DNA of 64,000 bases, from positions 11,780 through 75,779 of the forward strand of contig DASVDO010000006.1 of assembly GCA_036381055.1 (NCBI GenBank). Reading direction: 5' to 3'. The notes beneath the pieces are model-generated. The model was given only the letters and a program-made list of their open reading frames with translations, made no database searches and was not told the origin of the DNA. The stretch comes from Burkholderiales bacterium. GTDB lineage: Bacteria > Pseudomonadota > Gammaproteobacteria > Burkholderiales > SG8-39. The translations under genes and the position numbers were made by a program. Below are positions 1 through 11,063 of this stretch, one piece after another (the first letter of the stretch is position 1; every line of letters starts with the position of its first letter).

Positions 1-845
1 CCTTCGCCTGGGGCTTCAACTGGACGGCGATGAAGGTGGCGCTTTCCGAGGTGCCGCCGTGGACGTTCCGCTCGCTCTGCCTCGGGCTCGGCGCGGCGGT
101 GCTCGCCGCCGCGCTGCGCGCCGGCGGCCAGCGCCTCGCCTGGCCGCGCGGCCAGTGGCGCCGCCTGTGGCTGCTCGCGGCGCTCAACATCACCGGCTGG
201 AACGTGCTCGTCGCCTACGGCGTGACGATGATCCCGTCGGGTCGCGCGGCGATCCTCGCCTACACGATGCCGGCGCTCGCCATCCCGCTCTCGGTGTGGC
301 TGCTGCGCGAGCGGCTGACCGGCGGCAAGATCGCCGGCCTGGTGCTCGGCATCGCCGGCATGGCGCTGCTGATCGGCGAGGGCTTCGCCGGGCTGGGCCG
401 GGCGCCGCTCGGCTCGCTGATCGTGGTCGGCGCGGCGGCGAGCTGGGCGTGCGGCACGGTGCTGCAGAAGAAGTACCCGGTGGCGCTGCCCGCCGGCGCC
501 TACACCGTCTGGCTGATGCTGCTCGGCGGCGCGCCGGTGCTGCTCGGCGCGCTCGCGCTGGAGGACCAGCGCTGGCTGCGCGAGGCGAGCGCCGGCGCGC
601 TGCTCGGCGTCGCCTACAACGTGCTCGTCGCGTTCGCTTTCGCGCACTGGGCATGGATCAAGCTCGCCACCTCGGTGTCGGTGACGGTGTTCTCGCTGAG
701 CATGCTGGTGATCCCGGTGGTCGGCGTGTTCAGCGGCGTGCTGTTCCTCGGCGAGCGGCCGAGCTGGGTCGAGTATCTCGCGCTGGTGCTGGTGCTCGCC
801 TCGCTCGCTAGCGTGCTGGCGCCTGCGCGCGCCGCGCGGCGATGA
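1..845 (+). CDS. EamA/DMT-family transporter, 5' end outside the window
   Basis: The frame of ORF 30..845 stays open back to base 3 ([14 protein letters not shown]...). It has repeated hydrophobic helices and a Gly/Ala/Leu-rich two-half layout. Confidence 0.8.
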   Translation, partial: FAWGFNWTAMKVALSEVPPWTFRSLCLGLGAAVLAAALRAGGQRLAWPRGQWRRLWLLAALNITGWNVLVAYGVTMIPSGRAAILAYTMPALAIPLSVWLLRERLTGGKIAGLVLGIAGMALLIGEGFAGLGRAPLGSLIVVGAAASWACGTVLQKKYPVALPAGAYTVWLMLLGGAPVLLGALALEDQRWLREASAGALLGVAYNVLVAFAFAHWAWIKLATSVSVTVFSLSMLVIPVVGVFSGVLFLGERPSWVEYLALVLVLASLASVLAPARAARR

Positions 846-1671
846 GCCGCGGGTCCCAGTTGCGCACCGCCTCGTCGAGGCTCGCCGCCGGCGGCTGGCC
901 GAGGAAGCGCAGCGCCGCGGCGAGCGCCTCGCCGCGCCGGCGCGCATCCAGCGGCGGCGCGCCGGTCTGCTTGGAGAGCTTCTCGCCGCGCGCGTTCAGC
1001 GCCGCCGGCACGTGCAGGTAGCGCGGCGTCGCGACGCCGAGCAGGCGCTGCAGGTAGATCTGGCGCGCGGTGGAGTCGAGCAGGTCGGCGCCGCGCACCA
1101 CGTCGCTCACGCCCTGCGCCGCGTCGTCGACCACCACGGCGAGCTGGTAGGCGAACATGCCGTCGGCGCGCCAGAGCACGAAATCGCCCACCTCGTCGGC
1201 GAGCGCCTGCGCCTGCGGACCCTGCACCCGGTCGACGAAGCGGATCACCTGCGCCGGCACGCGCAGGCGCAGCGCGCGCGCGGTCCTGCCCGGCGCGAGG
1301 CCGCCGCGGCAGGTGCCGGGGTAGATGCGCGCGCCGTCGGCCGCCAGAGCGAGCGACGAATCGGCGATCTCGCGCCGCGAGCAGCCGCACCAGTAGGTCT
1401 CGCCGCGCAGCCGCTCCAGCGCCTCGCGATAGAGCGCCTCGCGGCGGCTCTGGTAGAGCACCTCGCCGTCCCAGTGCAGCCCGAGCGCGTCGAGCGTGCG
1501 CAGGATGTCGTCGGCCGCGCCCGGCTGCAGGCGCGGCCGGTCGAGGTCCTCGATGCGCACCAGCCAGCGGCCGCCCGCGGCGCGCGCGTCGAGCCAGCTC
1601 GCGAGCGCGGCCACGAACGAGCCGAAATGCAGCGGGCCGGTCGGGGAAGGCGCGAACCGGCCGATGTACAC
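808..1671 (-). CDS. gluQ: glutamyl-Q tRNA(Asp) synthetase
   Basis: N-terminus [15 protein letters not shown] (class I HIGH-like). It is a truncated GluRS catalytic domain of about 287 aa with no anticodon-binding domain. Confidence 0.9.
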   Translation of the reverse strand: MYIGRFAPSPTGPLHFGSFVAALASWLDARAAGGRWLVRIEDLDRPRLQPGAADDILRTLDALGLHWDGEVLYQSRREALYREALERLRGETYWCGCSRREIADSSLALAADGARIYPGTCRGGLAPGRTARALRLRVPAQVIRFVDRVQGPQAQALADEVGDFVLWRADGMFAYQLAVVVDDAAQGVSDVVRGADLLDSTARQIYLQRLLGVATPRYLHVPAALNARGEKLSKQTGAPPLDARRRGEALAAALRFLGQPPAASLDEAVRNWDPRLIAARRAQAPAR

Positions 1672-1715
1672 GAGGTCTAGAGTACACTGGCTCTCTTTTG
1701 CCGAAAGGACTTCCC

Positions 1716-2093
1716 GTGGCGACGCTGGAACTGACGCAGGAGAATTTCGAGAGCACGATCCGCGGCAACCCGATGGTGCTGGTCGACTTCTGGGCGCCGT
1801 GGTGCGGTCCCTGCAAGGGCTTCGCGCCGGTCTACGAGCAGGCCTCGGAAGCGCATCCCGACGTGGTGTTCGCCAAGGTCAACACCGACGAGCAGCAGGA
1901 GCTCGCCGGCGCGTTCGGCATCCGCTCCATCCCGACGCTGATGGTGTTCCGCGACCAGGTGATCCTGTTCCAGCAGGCCGGCGCCCTGCCGGGCAGCGCG
2001 CTCGAGCAGGTGATCACGCAGGCCAAGGCCATCGACATGGACAAGGTGCGCGAGGAGCTGGCCAAGCAGGAGGCTGCGCCGCGGCCCGAGTGA
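1716..2093 (+). CDS. thioredoxin
   Basis: Contains the WCGPC active site. AAAGGA lies 6 nt before GTG 1716. The ORF-track start TTG 1698 is an alternative. Confidence 0.85.
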   Translation: MATLELTQENFESTIRGNPMVLVDFWAPWCGPCKGFAPVYEQASEAHPDVVFAKVNTDEQQELAGAFGIRSIPTLMVFRDQVILFQQAGALPGSALEQVITQAKAIDMDKVREELAKQEAAPRPE

Positions 2094-2128
2094 ACGGCGC
2101 GGGCCTGCCGGGCTAACATAGCGCGGCG

Positions 2129-3523
2129 ATGGCCGACACCCGCACCGAGAAGGACAGCTTCGGCGCCATCGAGGTCCCCGCCGAGCGCCTGTGGGGCGCA
2201 CAGACCGAGCGCAGCCGACGCTTCTTCCGCATCTCCGGCGAGCGCATGCCGCTTCCCGTGGTGTACGCGCTGGCGCGGGTGAAGAAGGCCGCCGCGGCGG
2301 TGAACGCCGCGCTCGGCCTGCTCGAGGCGCGCAAGGCGCAGGCGATCCAGCAGGCCGCCGAGGAGGTGCTCGAAGGCCGGCACGACGAGGAGTTCCCGCT
2401 GGTCGTGTGGCAGACCGGCTCGGGCACGCAGAGCAACATGAACGTCAACGAGGTGCTGGCGAACCGCGCCTCGGAGCTGCTCGGCGGTGAGCGCGGGCAG
2501 AAGCGCCTGGTGCATCCGAACGACGACGTCAACCTCGGGCAGTCGTCGAACGACGTGTTCCCGACCGCGATGCACGTCGCCGCGGCATCGTTCCTGCAGC
2601 GCGAGTTGCTGCCCGCGCTCGAGTCGCTGCAGGCGACGCTCGCGGCCAAGCGCGACGCGTTCGAGGACATCATCAAGATCGGCCGCACCCACCTGCAGGA
2701 CGCGACGCCGCTGTCGCTGGGGCAGGAGTTCTCGGGCTACGTCGCGCAGCTCGCGCAGTGCGCCGACGCGCTGCGCGGCGCGCTGGCGCGCCTCGCCGAG
2801 CTGGCGATCGGCGGCACGGCGGTGGGCACGGGGCTCAACAGCCACCCCGAGTTCGCGCGCCGCGTGTGCGAGCGGCTCGCCGCCGAGACCGGGCTGCCGT
2901 TCCGCGAGGCGCCCAACAAGTTCGCCGCGCTGGCCGGCCACGAGGCGCTGCTGCTCGCGCACGGCGCGCTGAAGACGCTCGCCGCGGCGCTCGCCAAGAT
3001 CGCCAACGACGTGCGCCTGCTCGCCTCCGGCCCGCGCTGCGGGCTCGCCGAGCTGCGCATCCCGGAGAACGAGCCGGGCAGCTCGATCATGCCGGGCAAG
3101 GTGAACCCGACGCAGGCCGAGGCGCTCACCATGCTGTGCGCGCAGGTGATGGGCAACGACGTCGCGCTGAACATCGGCGGCGCCTCCGGCCACCTCGAGC
3201 TGAACGTGTACAAGCCGCTCATCATCCACGCCTTCCTGCAGAGCGCCCGGCTGCTCGCCGACGGCTGCCGCTCGTTCGACGAGCATTGCGCGCGCGGCAT
3301 CGAGCCCGACCGCGCGCGCATCCGCGAGCTGCTCGAGCGCTCGCTGATGCTGGTCACGGCGCTCTCGCCGCACATCGGCTACGACCGCGCCGCCGAGATC
3401 GCCAAGAAGGCGCACCGCGAAGGCAGCACGCTGCGCGAGGCGGCCACGTCGCTCGGCTACGTGAAGGCGGAGGACTTCGACCGCTGGGTCGACCCCGCGG
3501 CGATGATCCGTCCGTCGGCATGA
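2129..3523 (+). CDS. fumC: class II fumarate hydratase
   Basis: N-terminal TEKDSFG..VP..WGAQT and the [13 protein letters not shown] signature loop; 464 aa. Confidence 0.95.
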   Translation: MADTRTEKDSFGAIEVPAERLWGAQTERSRRFFRISGERMPLPVVYALARVKKAAAAVNAALGLLEARKAQAIQQAAEEVLEGRHDEEFPLVVWQTGSGTQSNMNVNEVLANRASELLGGERGQKRLVHPNDDVNLGQSSNDVFPTAMHVAAASFLQRELLPALESLQATLAAKRDAFEDIIKIGRTHLQDATPLSLGQEFSGYVAQLAQCADALRGALARLAELAIGGTAVGTGLNSHPEFARRVCERLAAETGLPFREAPNKFAALAGHEALLLAHGALKTLAAALAKIANDVRLLASGPRCGLAELRIPENEPGSSIMPGKVNPTQAEALTMLCAQVMGNDVALNIGGASGHLELNVYKPLIIHAFLQSARLLADGCRSFDEHCARGIEPDRARIRELLERSLMLVTALSPHIGYDRAAEIAKKAHREGSTLREAATSLGYVKAEDFDRWVDPAAMIRPSA

Positions 3524-4398
3524 GGCGCCGGTCGTTCCTCGCGGCTCTCGCCGCCGCGGCGCTGCCCGCGCCGGCGCGCGCCGCGCGCGAGCGCTTTACC
3601 CGCGGCCTGCTCTGGCGCGTGACACGCCCCGGCTCGCCGCCGAGCCACGTGTACGGCACGATCCACGACGCCGACCCGCGGCTCGCCGCCCTGCCGGCGC
3701 CGGTCGGCGCGGTGCTGCGGGAGGCGAAGTGCCTGATGCTCGAGTTCCTGCCGAGCGCCTACACCGCCGAGCGCTTCCTCGAGGCGGCGCTGTTCGACGA
3801 CGGGCGCACGCTCGAGGGCGCGATCGGCGCCGAGGACTTCGCGCGCGCGGTCGAGATGCTGGCGCCGATCGGCCTGCCGCGCGAGGTGCTGAACCGCCTC
3901 AAGCCCTGGGGCGCGCTGATCAACCTGCGCAGCCCGCGCAGCGCCGGCGGCGAGACGCTCGACGCGCGGCTCATCGCCGCGGCGCGCGCGCGGCGCCTGC
4001 CGGTGTTCCAGATCGAGGGTGTCGAGGAGCAGATCTTCACCTTCGACGAGTGCCCGATGGACACGCAGGTGGCGCTGCTGCGCCACGCGCTGCACCACCG
4101 CGACGAGCTGCTCGCGCTGCAGGCGCGCACGCTCGACGCCTACCTCGCGGGCGACCTCGCCGGCATCGCGCGCCTGCGCGCCGAGGCCGCGGCGCGCCAT
4201 CCGGAGATCGCGCCGCACCAGGCGGTCATGGACAAGCGGGTGCTCTACGACCGCAGCGTGGTGATGGCCTACCGGATGCAGCGCGAGCTGCGCCGCGGCG
4301 GCGCGCTGGTCGCGCTCGGCGCGCTGCACCTGTACGGCGCGAAGGGCGTGCTGGCGCTGCTCGAGCAGGACGGCTACCGGGCGGCGCGGGTCCTGTAG
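3520..4398 (+). CDS. TraB/GumN-family protein with a twin-arginine-type signal
   Basis: ATG 3520 overlaps the fumC stop (ATGA). It has an RRRSFL signal followed by a YGTIH motif. The upstream part of ORF 2758..4398 is out-of-frame fumC. Confidence 0.75.
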   Translation: MRRRSFLAALAAAALPAPARAARERFTRGLLWRVTRPGSPPSHVYGTIHDADPRLAALPAPVGAVLREAKCLMLEFLPSAYTAERFLEAALFDDGRTLEGAIGAEDFARAVEMLAPIGLPREVLNRLKPWGALINLRSPRSAGGETLDARLIAAARARRLPVFQIEGVEEQIFTFDECPMDTQVALLRHALHHRDELLALQARTLDAYLAGDLAGIARLRAEAAARHPEIAPHQAVMDKRVLYDRSVVMAYRMQRELRRGGALVALGALHLYGAKGVLALLEQDGYRAARVL

Positions 4399-5012
4399 TG
4401 CTGGCGATCCTCATCTCGGGCCGCGGCAGCAACATGCGCGCGCTGGTCGAGGCGGGGCTGCCGGTCTCGCTGGTGGCGGCCAACCGCGCCGACGCGGCCG
4501 GCCTCGAGTACGCGCGCTCGCGCGGCATCGCCACCGCGGTGGTCGAGCACCGCGCCTACGCCGCGCGCGAGGCCTTCGAGGCGGCGCTCGCCGAGGCGCT
4601 GGATGCGCACGCGCCGCGCCTGATCGCGCTGGCGGGCTTCATGCGCGTGCTGACGCCCGGCTTCGTGCGCCGCTACGCCGGCCGCATGCTCAACATCCAT
4701 CCGTCGCTGCTGCCGGCCTTCCCCGGCCTCGACACGCACGCGCGCGCGCTCGCCGCCGGCGTCAAGGTGCACGGCTGCACCGTGCACTTCGTCACCGAGG
4801 CGCTCGACGCCGGGCCGATCGTCATCCAGGCGGCGGTGCCGGTGCTGCCGGACGACGACGCGGCGCGCCTCGCCGCGCGCGTGCTCGAGCAGGAGCACCG
4901 CATCTACCCGCGCGCGGTGCGCTGGTTCCTCGAGGAACGCCTGGTCGTCGCCGACGGCACGGTGCGCGTGAAGGGAGACGATGCGCAACTGCTGCTTCCT
5001 TCTTCTCCTTAG
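4398..5012 (+). CDS. purN: phosphoribosylglycinamide formyltransferase
   Basis: Motifs ISGRGSNM, NIHPSLLP and HFVTEALDAGPI. GTG 4398 overlaps the upstream TAG. Confidence 0.9.
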   Translation: MLAILISGRGSNMRALVEAGLPVSLVAANRADAAGLEYARSRGIATAVVEHRAYAAREAFEAALAEALDAHAPRLIALAGFMRVLTPGFVRRYAGRMLNIHPSLLPAFPGLDTHARALAAGVKVHGCTVHFVTEALDAGPIVIQAAVPVLPDDDAARLAARVLEQEHRIYPRAVRWFLEERLVVADGTVRVKGDDAQLLLPSSP

Positions 5013-5673
5013 CCTCGCCGCGCCGGGGGCGCAGGCCGAGCCGCCGCCGCGCATCGAGGTGACCTACGAGCTGCAGCGCAACGGCTCGGCGATCGCCGAC
5101 GTCACCGAGCGGCTCGAGTACGACAAGGCGAGCGGCAGCTACCAGCTCACCGAGACCTGGGAGGGGCGCGGGCTGTACGCGCTGCTCGGCTCGGCGCGCC
5201 GCGTCAGCCGCGGCACGATCGTCGACGGCGTGCTGCGGCCGAGCGAGTTCTTCGACGAGCGCTCGGGGCGCGACACGGCGCGCGCCTGGTTCGACTGGCA
5301 GAACATGCGGCTCACCCTGCAATACAAGGGCAAGCGCCGGATCAAGGGGCTCGAGCCCGGCGGCCAGGACCGGCTGTCGTTCCTGCTCGCGCTCAGCCTG
5401 CTGCCCGGGCATGCCGACACCGCGAGCTACCAGATCGCCGACGGCAAGGGCACGTCGCACCACCGCTACGAGGTGCGCGGGCGCGAGCGCATCCGCGTGC
5501 CGGCCGGCGAGTTCGACACGGTGCGCGTCGAGCGCGCGCGCAAGCCGGGGGACAAGGACCGGGTGGTGCTGTGGCTCGCCGCCGAGCTCGGCTACATCCC
5601 GGTGCGCCTGATCGACCTGGAGGAAGACGGCGCGCGCTACGAGCAGCGCGCAACGCGCATCTCGCGTCCCTGA
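4981..5673 (+). CDS. DUF3108-like secreted protein
   Basis: Signal peptide (LSLAAPGAQA) followed by a beta-rich body. It sits in the usual purN-DUF3108-rsmB position. The family call is from memory. Confidence 0.65.
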   Translation: MRNCCFLLLLSLAAPGAQAEPPPRIEVTYELQRNGSAIADVTERLEYDKASGSYQLTETWEGRGLYALLGSARRVSRGTIVDGVLRPSEFFDERSGRDTARAWFDWQNMRLTLQYKGKRRIKGLEPGGQDRLSFLLALSLLPGHADTASYQIADGKGTSHHRYEVRGRERIRVPAGEFDTVRVERARKPGDKDRVVLWLAAELGYIPVRLIDLEEDGARYEQRATRISRP

Positions 5674-5675
5674 GC

Positions 5676-6932
5676 GTGCCGGCCGCGCGCGTCACACCGT
5701 CGCTCCTGCGCCACGCCGAGGACGCGCTCGCCGAGATCCTGCGCTTCGCCCGGCCGGCCGACCAGGTGCTGTCGGCGCAGTTTCGCCGCCATCCCGAGCT
5801 CGGGCCGCGCGAGCGCGCGCTGGTCGCCGAAGCGGTGTTCGCGGTGCTGCGCCGGCGCCGCTCGCTGGCGGCCGCCGCCGCGGCCGAGACGCCGCGCGAG
5901 CTGCTCGTCGCGGCGCTCGCGCGCGTGCTCGGCTTCTCGGCGCGCGCGCTGGAGGGCGTCGCCGATCCGGCCTGGGTGGCGCGCGTGCGGGCCGCGGGCG
6001 GCGAGCCGCCCGCCGACGCAGTGGCCGCCGACCTGCCCGACTGGCTGTGGCAGCGGCTGTGCGACGAGCACGGGCGCGACGCGGCGATGCGCATCGCGCA
6101 GGGGATGCTCAACCCGGCGCCGCTCGACCTGCGCGTGAACCTGGCGCGCATCTCGCGCGAAGCGGCGCGGGCGCGGCTCGTCGCCGACGGGCTGCCGGCG
6201 CAGCCGACGCCTTTCTCGCCCGCCGGGCTGCGCCTCGCGGGCAAGCCGGCGATCAATCGCCATCCGCTTTTCAGGGAAGGGCTGGTCGAGGTGCAGGACG
6301 AGGGCAGCCAGCTCCTCGCCTGGCTGGTGGCGCCGCGGCGCGGCGAGATGGTGGCCGACTACTGCGCCGGCGCGGGCGGCAAGTCGCTCGCGCTCGGCAT
6401 GCTGATGCGCGGCGCCGGCCGCCTGTACGCCATGGACGTGTCCGAGAAGCGGCTCGCCGCACTGCGGCCGCGCGCCGCGCGCGCGGGGCTGGACAACGTG
6501 CATGCGATCGCGCTCTCGGGCGAGAACGACGCGCGCGCCAAGCGCCTGGCCGGCAAGCTGGACCGCGTGCTGGTCGACGCGCCGTGCAGCGGCTTCGGCA
6601 CGCTGCGCCGCAACCCCGAGCTCAAGTGGCGCCACGACGCGCGCGCGGTGACGGAGCTCGCCGGGAAGCAGCGGCGCATCCTCGCCGCGGCGGCGCGCCT
6701 GGTCGCGCCGGGAGGGCGGCTCGTGTACGCGACCTGCAGCATCCTGCGGGAGGAGAACGAAGCGGTCGCCGACGCCTTCGAGGCGGCCGCGCCGCAGTTC
6801 CGGCGCTTGAGCTGCGGCGCGCTTCTTGCGGCGCAGCGCATCGACCTCGATACCGGCGAGCGCTTGAGACTTTGGCCACACCTGCACGGCACCGACGGCT
6901 TCTTCGCCGCCGCGTACCAGCGCGTGTCATAA
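5676..6932 (+). CDS. rsmB: RsmB/NOP-family 16S rRNA m5C methyltransferase
   Basis: Motifs DYCAGAGGKS (SAM binding), DAPCSG and ATCS (catalytic Cys). The GTG 5676 start was chosen just after the upstream stop and is uncertain. Confidence 0.85.
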   Translation: MPAARVTPSLLRHAEDALAEILRFARPADQVLSAQFRRHPELGPRERALVAEAVFAVLRRRRSLAAAAAAETPRELLVAALARVLGFSARALEGVADPAWVARVRAAGGEPPADAVAADLPDWLWQRLCDEHGRDAAMRIAQGMLNPAPLDLRVNLARISREAARARLVADGLPAQPTPFSPAGLRLAGKPAINRHPLFREGLVEVQDEGSQLLAWLVAPRRGEMVADYCAGAGGKSLALGMLMRGAGRLYAMDVSEKRLAALRPRAARAGLDNVHAIALSGENDARAKRLAGKLDRVLVDAPCSGFGTLRRNPELKWRHDARAVTELAGKQRRILAAAARLVAPGGRLVYATCSILREENEAVADAFEAAAPQFRRLSCGALLAAQRIDLDTGERLRLWPHLHGTDGFFAAAYQRVS

Positions 6933-7025
6933 AAGGCTTTTACGATCCGTGCCTTACAGGTCCGTGAAAGGTTCGCGTAGAATGGCCGGCGGGTTTTCGC
7001 ACTCTTTTAAAAGGCCTCTCATTTA

Positions 7026-8204
7026 ATGATGTTCTCGGGATTCTTCGAGCTGCCCTGGTGGGGTTATGTCCTGGTGGCGCTCGGCCTCACGCACGTGACG
7101 ATCGCGGCCGTCACCATCTACCTGCACCGCTGCCAGGCGCATCGCGCGCTCGAGCTGCATCCGCTGGTGTCGCACTTCTTCCGCTGCTGGCTGTGGCTGA
7201 CCACCGGCATGATCACCAAGGAATGGGCCGCCATCCATCGCAAGCACCACGCCAAGTGCGAGGGCGCCGAAGACCCGCACAGCCCGCAGATCTACGGCAT
7301 CAACCGGGTGCTGTGGCTGGGCGTGTTCCTGTACGTGAAGGAGTCCTACAACAAGGAGACGCTCGAGCGCTACGGCCACGGCACGCCCGACGACTGGATC
7401 GAGCGCAACGTGTACTCGCGCTTCGCCACCACCGGCGTGACGCTGATGCTGGCGGCGGACATGTTCCTGTTCGGCGTGGTGCCGGGCGCGATCATCTGGG
7501 CCACGCAGATCGCCTGGATCCCGTTCTGGGCCGCCGGCGTGATCAACGGCGTCGGCCATTTCTTCGGCTACCGCAACTACGACGTGCCCGACGCGAGCAC
7601 CAACATCGTGCCCTGGGGCATCCTGATCGGCGGCGAGGAGCTGCACAACAACCACCATGCGTTCGCCGCCTCGGCGAAGCTGTCCTCGAAGTGGTTCGAG
7701 TTCGACATCGGTTGGCTGTACATCCGCATCCTGCAGGCGCTGGGGCTGGCGGAGGTCAAGAAGCTCGCGCCGAAGCCGCGCTTCGCCGAGGCGAAGCCGG
7801 TCGCGGACCTGGAGGTGCTGCACGCCGTGATCGCCAACCGTTACGACGTGCTGTCGCGCTACGCCAAGTCGCTGCGCCGCACGTACCGCGACGAGCTGGC
7901 GCGGCTGCGCCACTGGTCGCCGCGCGACGCCGAGGCGCTGCGCTCGCTGCGCCGCGTGCTGCTGCGCGGCCAGGCGCTCGCCGGCGCCGAGGGCGCCCGG
8001 CTCTCGGAAGCGCTCAAGAAATCGCGCGCCCTGGAAACCGCGCTGGCGATGCGCCGCGAGCTGACCGCGCTGTGGGAGCGCTCGAGCGCCTCCAAGGAGC
8101 AGCTGCTGCGCCAACTCCAGGACTGGTGCCACCGCGCCGAGGCGAGCGGCGTCGCGCCGCTGGTCGACTTCTCGCACCGCCTGCGCAGCTACGCCGCCGC
8201 GTAG
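7026..8204 (+). CDS. membrane fatty-acid (acyl-CoA/lipid) desaturase
   Basis: Three His boxes (HRCQAH, HRKHH, HNNHH) and N-terminal TM helices. Confidence 0.85.
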   Translation: MMFSGFFELPWWGYVLVALGLTHVTIAAVTIYLHRCQAHRALELHPLVSHFFRCWLWLTTGMITKEWAAIHRKHHAKCEGAEDPHSPQIYGINRVLWLGVFLYVKESYNKETLERYGHGTPDDWIERNVYSRFATTGVTLMLAADMFLFGVVPGAIIWATQIAWIPFWAAGVINGVGHFFGYRNYDVPDASTNIVPWGILIGGEELHNNHHAFAASAKLSSKWFEFDIGWLYIRILQALGLAEVKKLAPKPRFAEAKPVADLEVLHAVIANRYDVLSRYAKSLRRTYRDELARLRHWSPRDAEALRSLRRVLLRGQALAGAEGARLSEALKKSRALETALAMRRELTALWERSSASKEQLLRQLQDWCHRAEASGVAPLVDFSHRLRSYAAA

Positions 8205-8222
8205 CGGCTCGCCGCTCCAACG

Positions 8223-8249
8223 AAAAAGGCCCGCGCTTGCGGGCCTTTT
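8223..8249. terminator. bidirectional rho-independent terminator
   Basis: AAAAAGGCCCGC-GCTT-GCGGGCCTTTT lies between the convergent desaturase and rpmG genes. Confidence 0.6.
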
Positions 8250-8268
8250 CCTTTGCCGGCGCGGCCGG

Positions 8269-8424
8269 CTACTTGAGCTTCGTCTCCTTGTAGATCACGT
8301 GCTTGCGCGCCTTGGGATCGTACTTCTTGATCTCCAGCTTGTCGGGCGTGGTGCGCTTGTTCTTGGTGGTCGTGTAGAAGTGGCCGGTGCCGGCCGAGGA
8401 CTCGAGCTTGATCTTCTCGCGCAT
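8269..8424 (-). CDS. rpmG: 50S ribosomal protein L33
   Basis: Hand-translated 51 aa: [51 protein letters not shown]. Too short for the ORF track. Confidence 0.95.
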   Translation of the reverse strand: MREKIKLESSAGTGHFYTTTKNKRTTPDKLEIKKYDPKARKHVIYKETKLK

Positions 8425-8427
8425 GGC

Positions 8428-8670
8428 TCAGCCTTTCCCGCCCTTGCCGCGGGCGGCGATTTCCGCGAGCACCGCCTCGACGCCGAGCTTGTCGATGCGC
8501 CGCAGGCCCGCGGTGGAGACGCGCAGCCGCACCCAGCGGTTCTGGCTTTCCACCCAGAAGCGGCGGTAGTGGAGGTTCGGCTCGAAGGTGCGGATCGTCT
8601 TGTTGTTGGCGTGCGAGACGAAGTGGCCCTTCATGGGTTTCTTGCCGGTGACCTGGCAGACGCGCGACAT
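8428..8670 (-). CDS. rpmB: 50S ribosomal protein L28
   Basis: [25 protein letters not shown]... matches the canonical L28 N-terminus. Confidence 0.95.
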   Translation of the reverse strand: MSRVCQVTGKKPMKGHFVSHANNKTIRTFEPNLHYRRFWVESQNRWVRLRVSTAGLRRIDKLGVEAVLAEIAARGKGGKG

Positions 8671-8710
8671 GCGATGCTCCGGGGACAGATTCTGGAAGCG
8701 GCGGATTTTA

Positions 8711-9388
8711 CTACAGTAATCCGCGCTCGGCGAAGGAGATCGCCTGGTTGCCGGCGACCACGAAGTGGTCGAGCACCCTGACGTCGACGAGCGCGAGCGC
8801 CTCCTTCAGGCTGCGCGTCAGCAGCTCGTCGGCCTGGCTCGGCTGGGCGACGCCCGACGGGTGGTTGTGCGCGAAGATCACCGCGGCGGCGTTCGCGCCG
8901 AGCGCCGCCTTGACGATCTCGCGGGGATAGACGCTCGTCTGGGTAAGTGTGCCGCGGAACATCTCCTCGACCTCGAGCACCCGGTGCTGCGCGTCGAGCC
9001 AGAGGCAGACGAACACTTCGCGCGGCTGCGACGCGAGCGTGAGCCGCAGATAGTCGCGCACCGCGCCGGGCGAGGTCAGCGGGTCCTCCTGCCGCATCCG
9101 CTCGTCGATCACCCGGCGGGCGAGCTCGAGCGCGGCGATGAGCTGGGCGCTTTTCGCCGCGCCGAGGCCCTTGACCCGTTTAAGCGTGCCTGCCGCCGAG
9201 AGCAGGCCGCTCAGGCCGCCGAACTCGCCGATGAGCTCGCGCGCGATGTCGACCGCGGTTTTGCCGGGGATGCCGGTGCGCAGGAAGACGGCGACGAGTT
9301 CCGCGTCGCTCAGCACGGTCGGTCCATGCGCGAGCAGCCGCTCGCGCGGCCGCTCGCTTTCCGGCCAGTCGCATATCGCCATGTACAA
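8711..9388 (-). CDS. radC: RadC-family JAB-domain protein
   Basis: HNHPSG metalloprotease-like motif with an N-terminal HhH region. Confidence 0.9.
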   Translation of the reverse strand: MYMAICDWPESERPRERLLAHGPTVLSDAELVAVFLRTGIPGKTAVDIARELIGEFGGLSGLLSAAGTLKRVKGLGAAKSAQLIAALELARRVIDERMRQEDPLTSPGAVRDYLRLTLASQPREVFVCLWLDAQHRVLEVEEMFRGTLTQTSVYPREIVKAALGANAAAVIFAHNHPSGVAQPSQADELLTRSLKEALALVDVRVLDHFVVAGNQAISFAERGLL

Positions 9389-9417
9389 TCCCTATCCCTT
9401 AAACGGCGACGGGCCCC

Positions 9418-10617
9418 ATGGCGTTGACCGGCAAGCGGATCCTTCTCGGCGTGACCGGCGGGATAGCCGCCTACAAGGCGGCGGAGCTCGCCCGCCTGCT
9501 GGTGCGGGCCGGGGCCGACGTGCGCGTCGCGATGAGCGACGCGGCCACCCGGTTCGTCACGCCGCTCACCTTCCAGGCGCTCACCGGGCAGCCGGTCTGG
9601 ACCGACCTCTGGGATGCGCGCGTTCCCGACGGCATGGGACATATCGAGCTCTCGCGCGACCGCGACCTGATCGCCGTCGCCCCGGCCTCGGCGGACTTCC
9701 TGGCGAAGCTCGCCGGCGGCGCCGCCGACGACCTGCTCTCGACGCTGTGCGTGGCGCGGCGCTGCGCGCTGCTGGTCGCCCCGGCGATGAACGTGGAGAT
9801 GTGGCAGAACCCCGCCACGCAGAGGAACGTGGCGCGGCTGCAGGAAGACGGCGTGCGCTTCGCCGGTCCCGCGGCCGGCGAGCAGGCGTGCGGCGAGGTC
9901 GGGCTGGGCCGCATGCTCGAGCCGCCGCAGATTCTCGCCGAGATCGAGGCGCTGCTCGGGCCGCAGCCGCTCTCGGGCAAGCGCGTGCTGGTTACCGCCG
10001 GCCCGACGCAGGAGCCGATCGACCCGGTGCGCGTCATCACCAACCTCAGCTCGGGGAAGATGGGCTACGCGGTCGCCCGCGCGGCGCAGGAAGCGGGCGC
10101 GCAGGTCACCCTGGTGAGCGGCCCGGTGGCGCTCGCCACGCCGCCGGGCGTGGCGCGCGTCGACGTGCGCACCGCGCGCGAGATGCTCGAGGCGGTGAAG
10201 CAGGCGGCGCCGGCCTCGGACGTCTTCATCTCGGTCGCGGCGGTCGCCGACTACCGCGTGCGCAGCCCCTCGACGCGCAAGCTGAAGAAGGCGAACGGCG
10301 CGCCGCTCACGCTCGAGCTGGAAGAGAACCCGGACATCCTGGCGCACGTCGCGGCGATGAAGGGCGGGCCGTTCTGCGTCGGCTTCGCCGCCGAGAGCGA
10401 GGACCTGGCGCGCCACGCGATCGAGAAGCGCGCGCGCAAGGGCATCCCGCTGCTCGCCGCCAACCTCGCGCAGGACGCCCTGGGCGGCGACGAGAACGCG
10501 ATCCGCCTCTACGACGAGCGCGGCGAGCACGACCTCGGGCGCGGCTCGAAGATCGAGCTGGCGCGCAAGCTGGTCGCGCACCTCGCCGGCATGCTGGACG
10601 CCGCCGCGCGGCGATGA
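9418..10617 (+). CDS. coaBC: bifunctional phosphopantothenoylcysteine decarboxylase/synthetase
   Basis: Flavoprotein N-domain ([10 protein letters not shown]) plus a synthetase C-domain (SSGKMG). Confidence 0.95.
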   Translation: MALTGKRILLGVTGGIAAYKAAELARLLVRAGADVRVAMSDAATRFVTPLTFQALTGQPVWTDLWDARVPDGMGHIELSRDRDLIAVAPASADFLAKLAGGAADDLLSTLCVARRCALLVAPAMNVEMWQNPATQRNVARLQEDGVRFAGPAAGEQACGEVGLGRMLEPPQILAEIEALLGPQPLSGKRVLVTAGPTQEPIDPVRVITNLSSGKMGYAVARAAQEAGAQVTLVSGPVALATPPGVARVDVRTAREMLEAVKQAAPASDVFISVAAVADYRVRSPSTRKLKKANGAPLTLELEENPDILAHVAAMKGGPFCVGFAAESEDLARHAIEKRARKGIPLLAANLAQDALGGDENAIRLYDERGEHDLGRGSKIELARKLVAHLAGMLDAAARR

Positions 10618-11063
10618 GAAAGCTGGAGGTGAAGATCCTCGACGAGAGGATCCGCGGCATGCTGCCCCGCTACGCGACGAGCGGCGCCGCCGGCCTCGAC
10701 CTGCGCGCCTGCGTCGACGCGGCGCTCGTGCTGCAGCCGGGCGAGAGCCGGCTGGTCTCTTCCGGCATGGCGATCCACGTCGCCGACCCGGGGTACGCCG
10801 CGCTCGTCCTGCCGCGCTCCGGGCTCGGCGCCCGCAACGGCATCGTGCTCGGCAACCTGGTCGGCCTGATCGATTCCGACTACCAGGGGCCGCTCATGGT
10901 CTCGGTGTGGAACCGCGGCGCCGCCGCGTTCACCATCCAGCCGCTCGACCGCATCGCGCAGCTCGTGATCGTGCCGGTCGCGCAGGTCGAGCTGGAGGTG
11001 GTCGAGGAATTCGCCGCCAGCGCGCGCGGCAGCGGCGGCTTCGGCTCTACCGGCCGGCGCTAG
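10614..11063 (+). CDS. dut: dUTP diphosphatase
   Basis: ATG 10614 overlaps the coaBC stop. Contains GLIDSDYQG and a C-terminal [10 protein letters not shown] motif. Confidence 0.95.
   Translation: MRKLEVKILDERIRGMLPRYATSGAAGLDLRACVDAALVLQPGESRLVSSGMAIHVADPGYAALVLPRSGLGARNGIVLGNLVGLIDSDYQGPLMVSVWNRGAAAFTIQPLDRIAQLVIVPVAQVELEVVEEFAASARGSGGFGSTGRR

Noticed and set aside
2758-4398. A single 546-aa protein spanning fumC and the TraB/GumN gene
   Set aside because: The first 254 codons are out-of-frame fumC with junk composition. The real gene starts at ATG 3520 with a signal peptide.
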